Source of the DNA: Callorhinchus milii
Lineage: Eukaryota
Reading direction: 5' to 3'
DNA: 64,000 nucleotides
Assembly (NCBI RefSeq): GCF_018977255.1
Contig: NW_024704743.1
Location: 74,712,001-74,776,000 of the forward strand
Part shown: piece after piece, positions 62,709-64,000 of the stretch
How positions within the stretch are numbered: the stretch's first letter is position 1
How the letters are laid out: each line of letters starts with the position of its first letter
Program-made: the position numbers and the translations under genes
Notes under the pieces: generated by a model
The model's database searches: none
Told to the model about the DNA's origin: nothing
What the model saw: only the letters and a program-made list of their open reading frames with translations

Positions 62709-63034
62709 GGAGTCCTGTAGCTCAGTGGTTAGAGCACTCACTTTGCAAGTGAGAGACCTGAGTTCAATTCCAGGCAGAGGGCGAAACCTTGGGCAAGTTT
62801 CCTTACTCCACACAGAGCCTAATAATAATCCCTCCAAAAAACCAAAAACAATAATTAAATTGGTCATTTTCAATCTACGACTGTTTGTGGGACATTGCTG
62901 TGCGCAATTGGCTGCCGCGTTCGCCCACAAATGTACAGTCAATTCACTTTACAGTGTGTTCTGTGAAGCGCTTTGGGACGTCCTCCCGACGTGAAAACGC
63001 TATATCAAATGCAAGGATTATTATTATTATTATT
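62709..63034 (+). mobile_element. tRNA-Ala SINE, young short form
   Basis: ggagtcctgtagctcagtggttagagc...tttgcaa...gagttcaattccaggc...gcgctttgggacgtcctcccgacgtgaaaacgctatatcaaatgcaagga(tta)n. Confidence 0.92.
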
Positions 63035-63079
63035 AATTTAGAATGCAAGTTAATTTGACTTTAGAATACAAGTTAATTA

Positions 63080-63471
63080 GCCTTCAAAACCCTCTACGGC
63101 CTTGTTCCTTCCTACCTCTGTGACCTGCTAACGCCATATCAACCTGTCCATTCCATCCACTCAGCAGGCTCCGGCCTGCTCCACGTCTCCCACTTGACTC
63201 ACCCCACCAGCAGCGGTCGGGCCTTCAGCTGCTGCCCCCACAGTCCATCCCACAGTCCCTTCGCCTCACTCCATCCCTTGCCTCCTTCAAGGCACGTTTC
63301 AAAACCCTGCTCTTCGACCGTGCCTTCGGCCATCCTCCTAACCCTACCATCCCTGTCCTCCACCCCTCCTGATCCCAACCCCCTGCTCGGGTCCAAATCC
63401 CTGACTGTCCAGCGCCTTGGGATGTCCTCCCAACGTGAAAATTACTGTACAAATCTAATTTGTTGTTGTTG
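63080..63471 (+). mobile_element. L2 3' fragment (similar short pieces at ~24205-24478 -, 36060-36310 +, 41030-41240 -, 54340-54695 +, 59870-60180 -, 60355-60670 +, 63770-64000 -)
   Basis: Matches the L2 3' end (ccttgttccttcctacc...cagcgccttgggatgtcctcccaacgtgaaa...ttgttgttg). Confidence 0.8.
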
Positions 63472-64000
63472 ATGCCCAATTCTTAAAAGTTTCTTAAAGG
63501 TTTCACCTAGAGACCGCTGTCAAATGCCTTTTGAGAATTTAGCCACCATCACATTAGTTTAGTCTATTAAAATAAAATCCATTACATTCATGTGGTTGCT
63601 GCATTCGCCACAAAATTTGCGTCCTTTCGTTGACGTGGTAAGGCGCTCTTTCAATCTGTTTACTTAAACCACAACTGTGTGACACTGCTGTGTGCAATTG
63701 GCTGCCTCATTTCACCGACAAATACGCAGTACATTAATTTCAAGGTATATTCTGTGAAGTACTTTGAGATGTTTTTGAAGGAGGCAAAAGAGGGAGCAAG
63801 GTGAAGGGATTGTGTGATAGAGTTCCAAAGAATGGGGAGAGAGAGGCCGAAAGCCGGGTCATCGATGGTAGGGCGGGTTGGGCGCGAGACCTGGAGCCTG
63901 CTGAGCGGAGGGAGCGGACAGTTTGATAGGGGGTCAGCAGGTCAAAGATGTAGTGGGGGCAAGCCTTGGAGGCCCTTGAACGTGAGGACGACGATTTTGA

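Noticed and set aside
62709..62780. tRNA-Ala(TGC)-like sequences
   Set aside because: No proper acceptor stem, and each continues into a SINE body and tail; these are SINE heads, not tRNA genes.
58803..64000. Nested CXCR6 expected in a distal FYCO1 intron by mammalian synteny
   Set aside because: No GPCR ORF is present here; the relevant intron may lie beyond the window, so absence cannot be concluded.

Overview
Vertebrate nuclear DNA, most likely a cartilaginous fish. This is inferred from the L2/CR1 LINEs and Deu-type SINEs; the species cannot be fixed from sequence alone. The window is the XCR1-FYCO1 part of the chemokine-receptor cluster. It holds two divergent XCR1-like GPCR genes arranged tail-to-tail. 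The + copy (7054-8138) has a single-base frameshift in a C run; the - copy (21532-22593) is intact. A CpG-island promoter follows, then FYCO1 on +: a non-coding exon 1 and 12 coding exons traced by GT-AG junctions and phase (RUN, coiled-coil and FYVE domains). The LIR/GOLD exons were not found and probably lie past the window end. Bases 1-~4.8 kb are a recent duplicate of 8521-~15.7 kb, which suggests a further XCR1 copy upstream and supplies empty target sites for two insertions. The most notable object is a full-length, single-ORF L2 LINE (about 11016-14734) with intact endonuclease and RT. It has an inverted copy of target DNA at its 5' junction. Its 5'UTR contains an intron-like segment, a uORF with a TAATG stop-start, and predicted structure. 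Its 3' stem-loop is shared by a young tRNA-Ala SINE that appears to be a CORE/Deu chimera. All identities and alignments were judged by eye.
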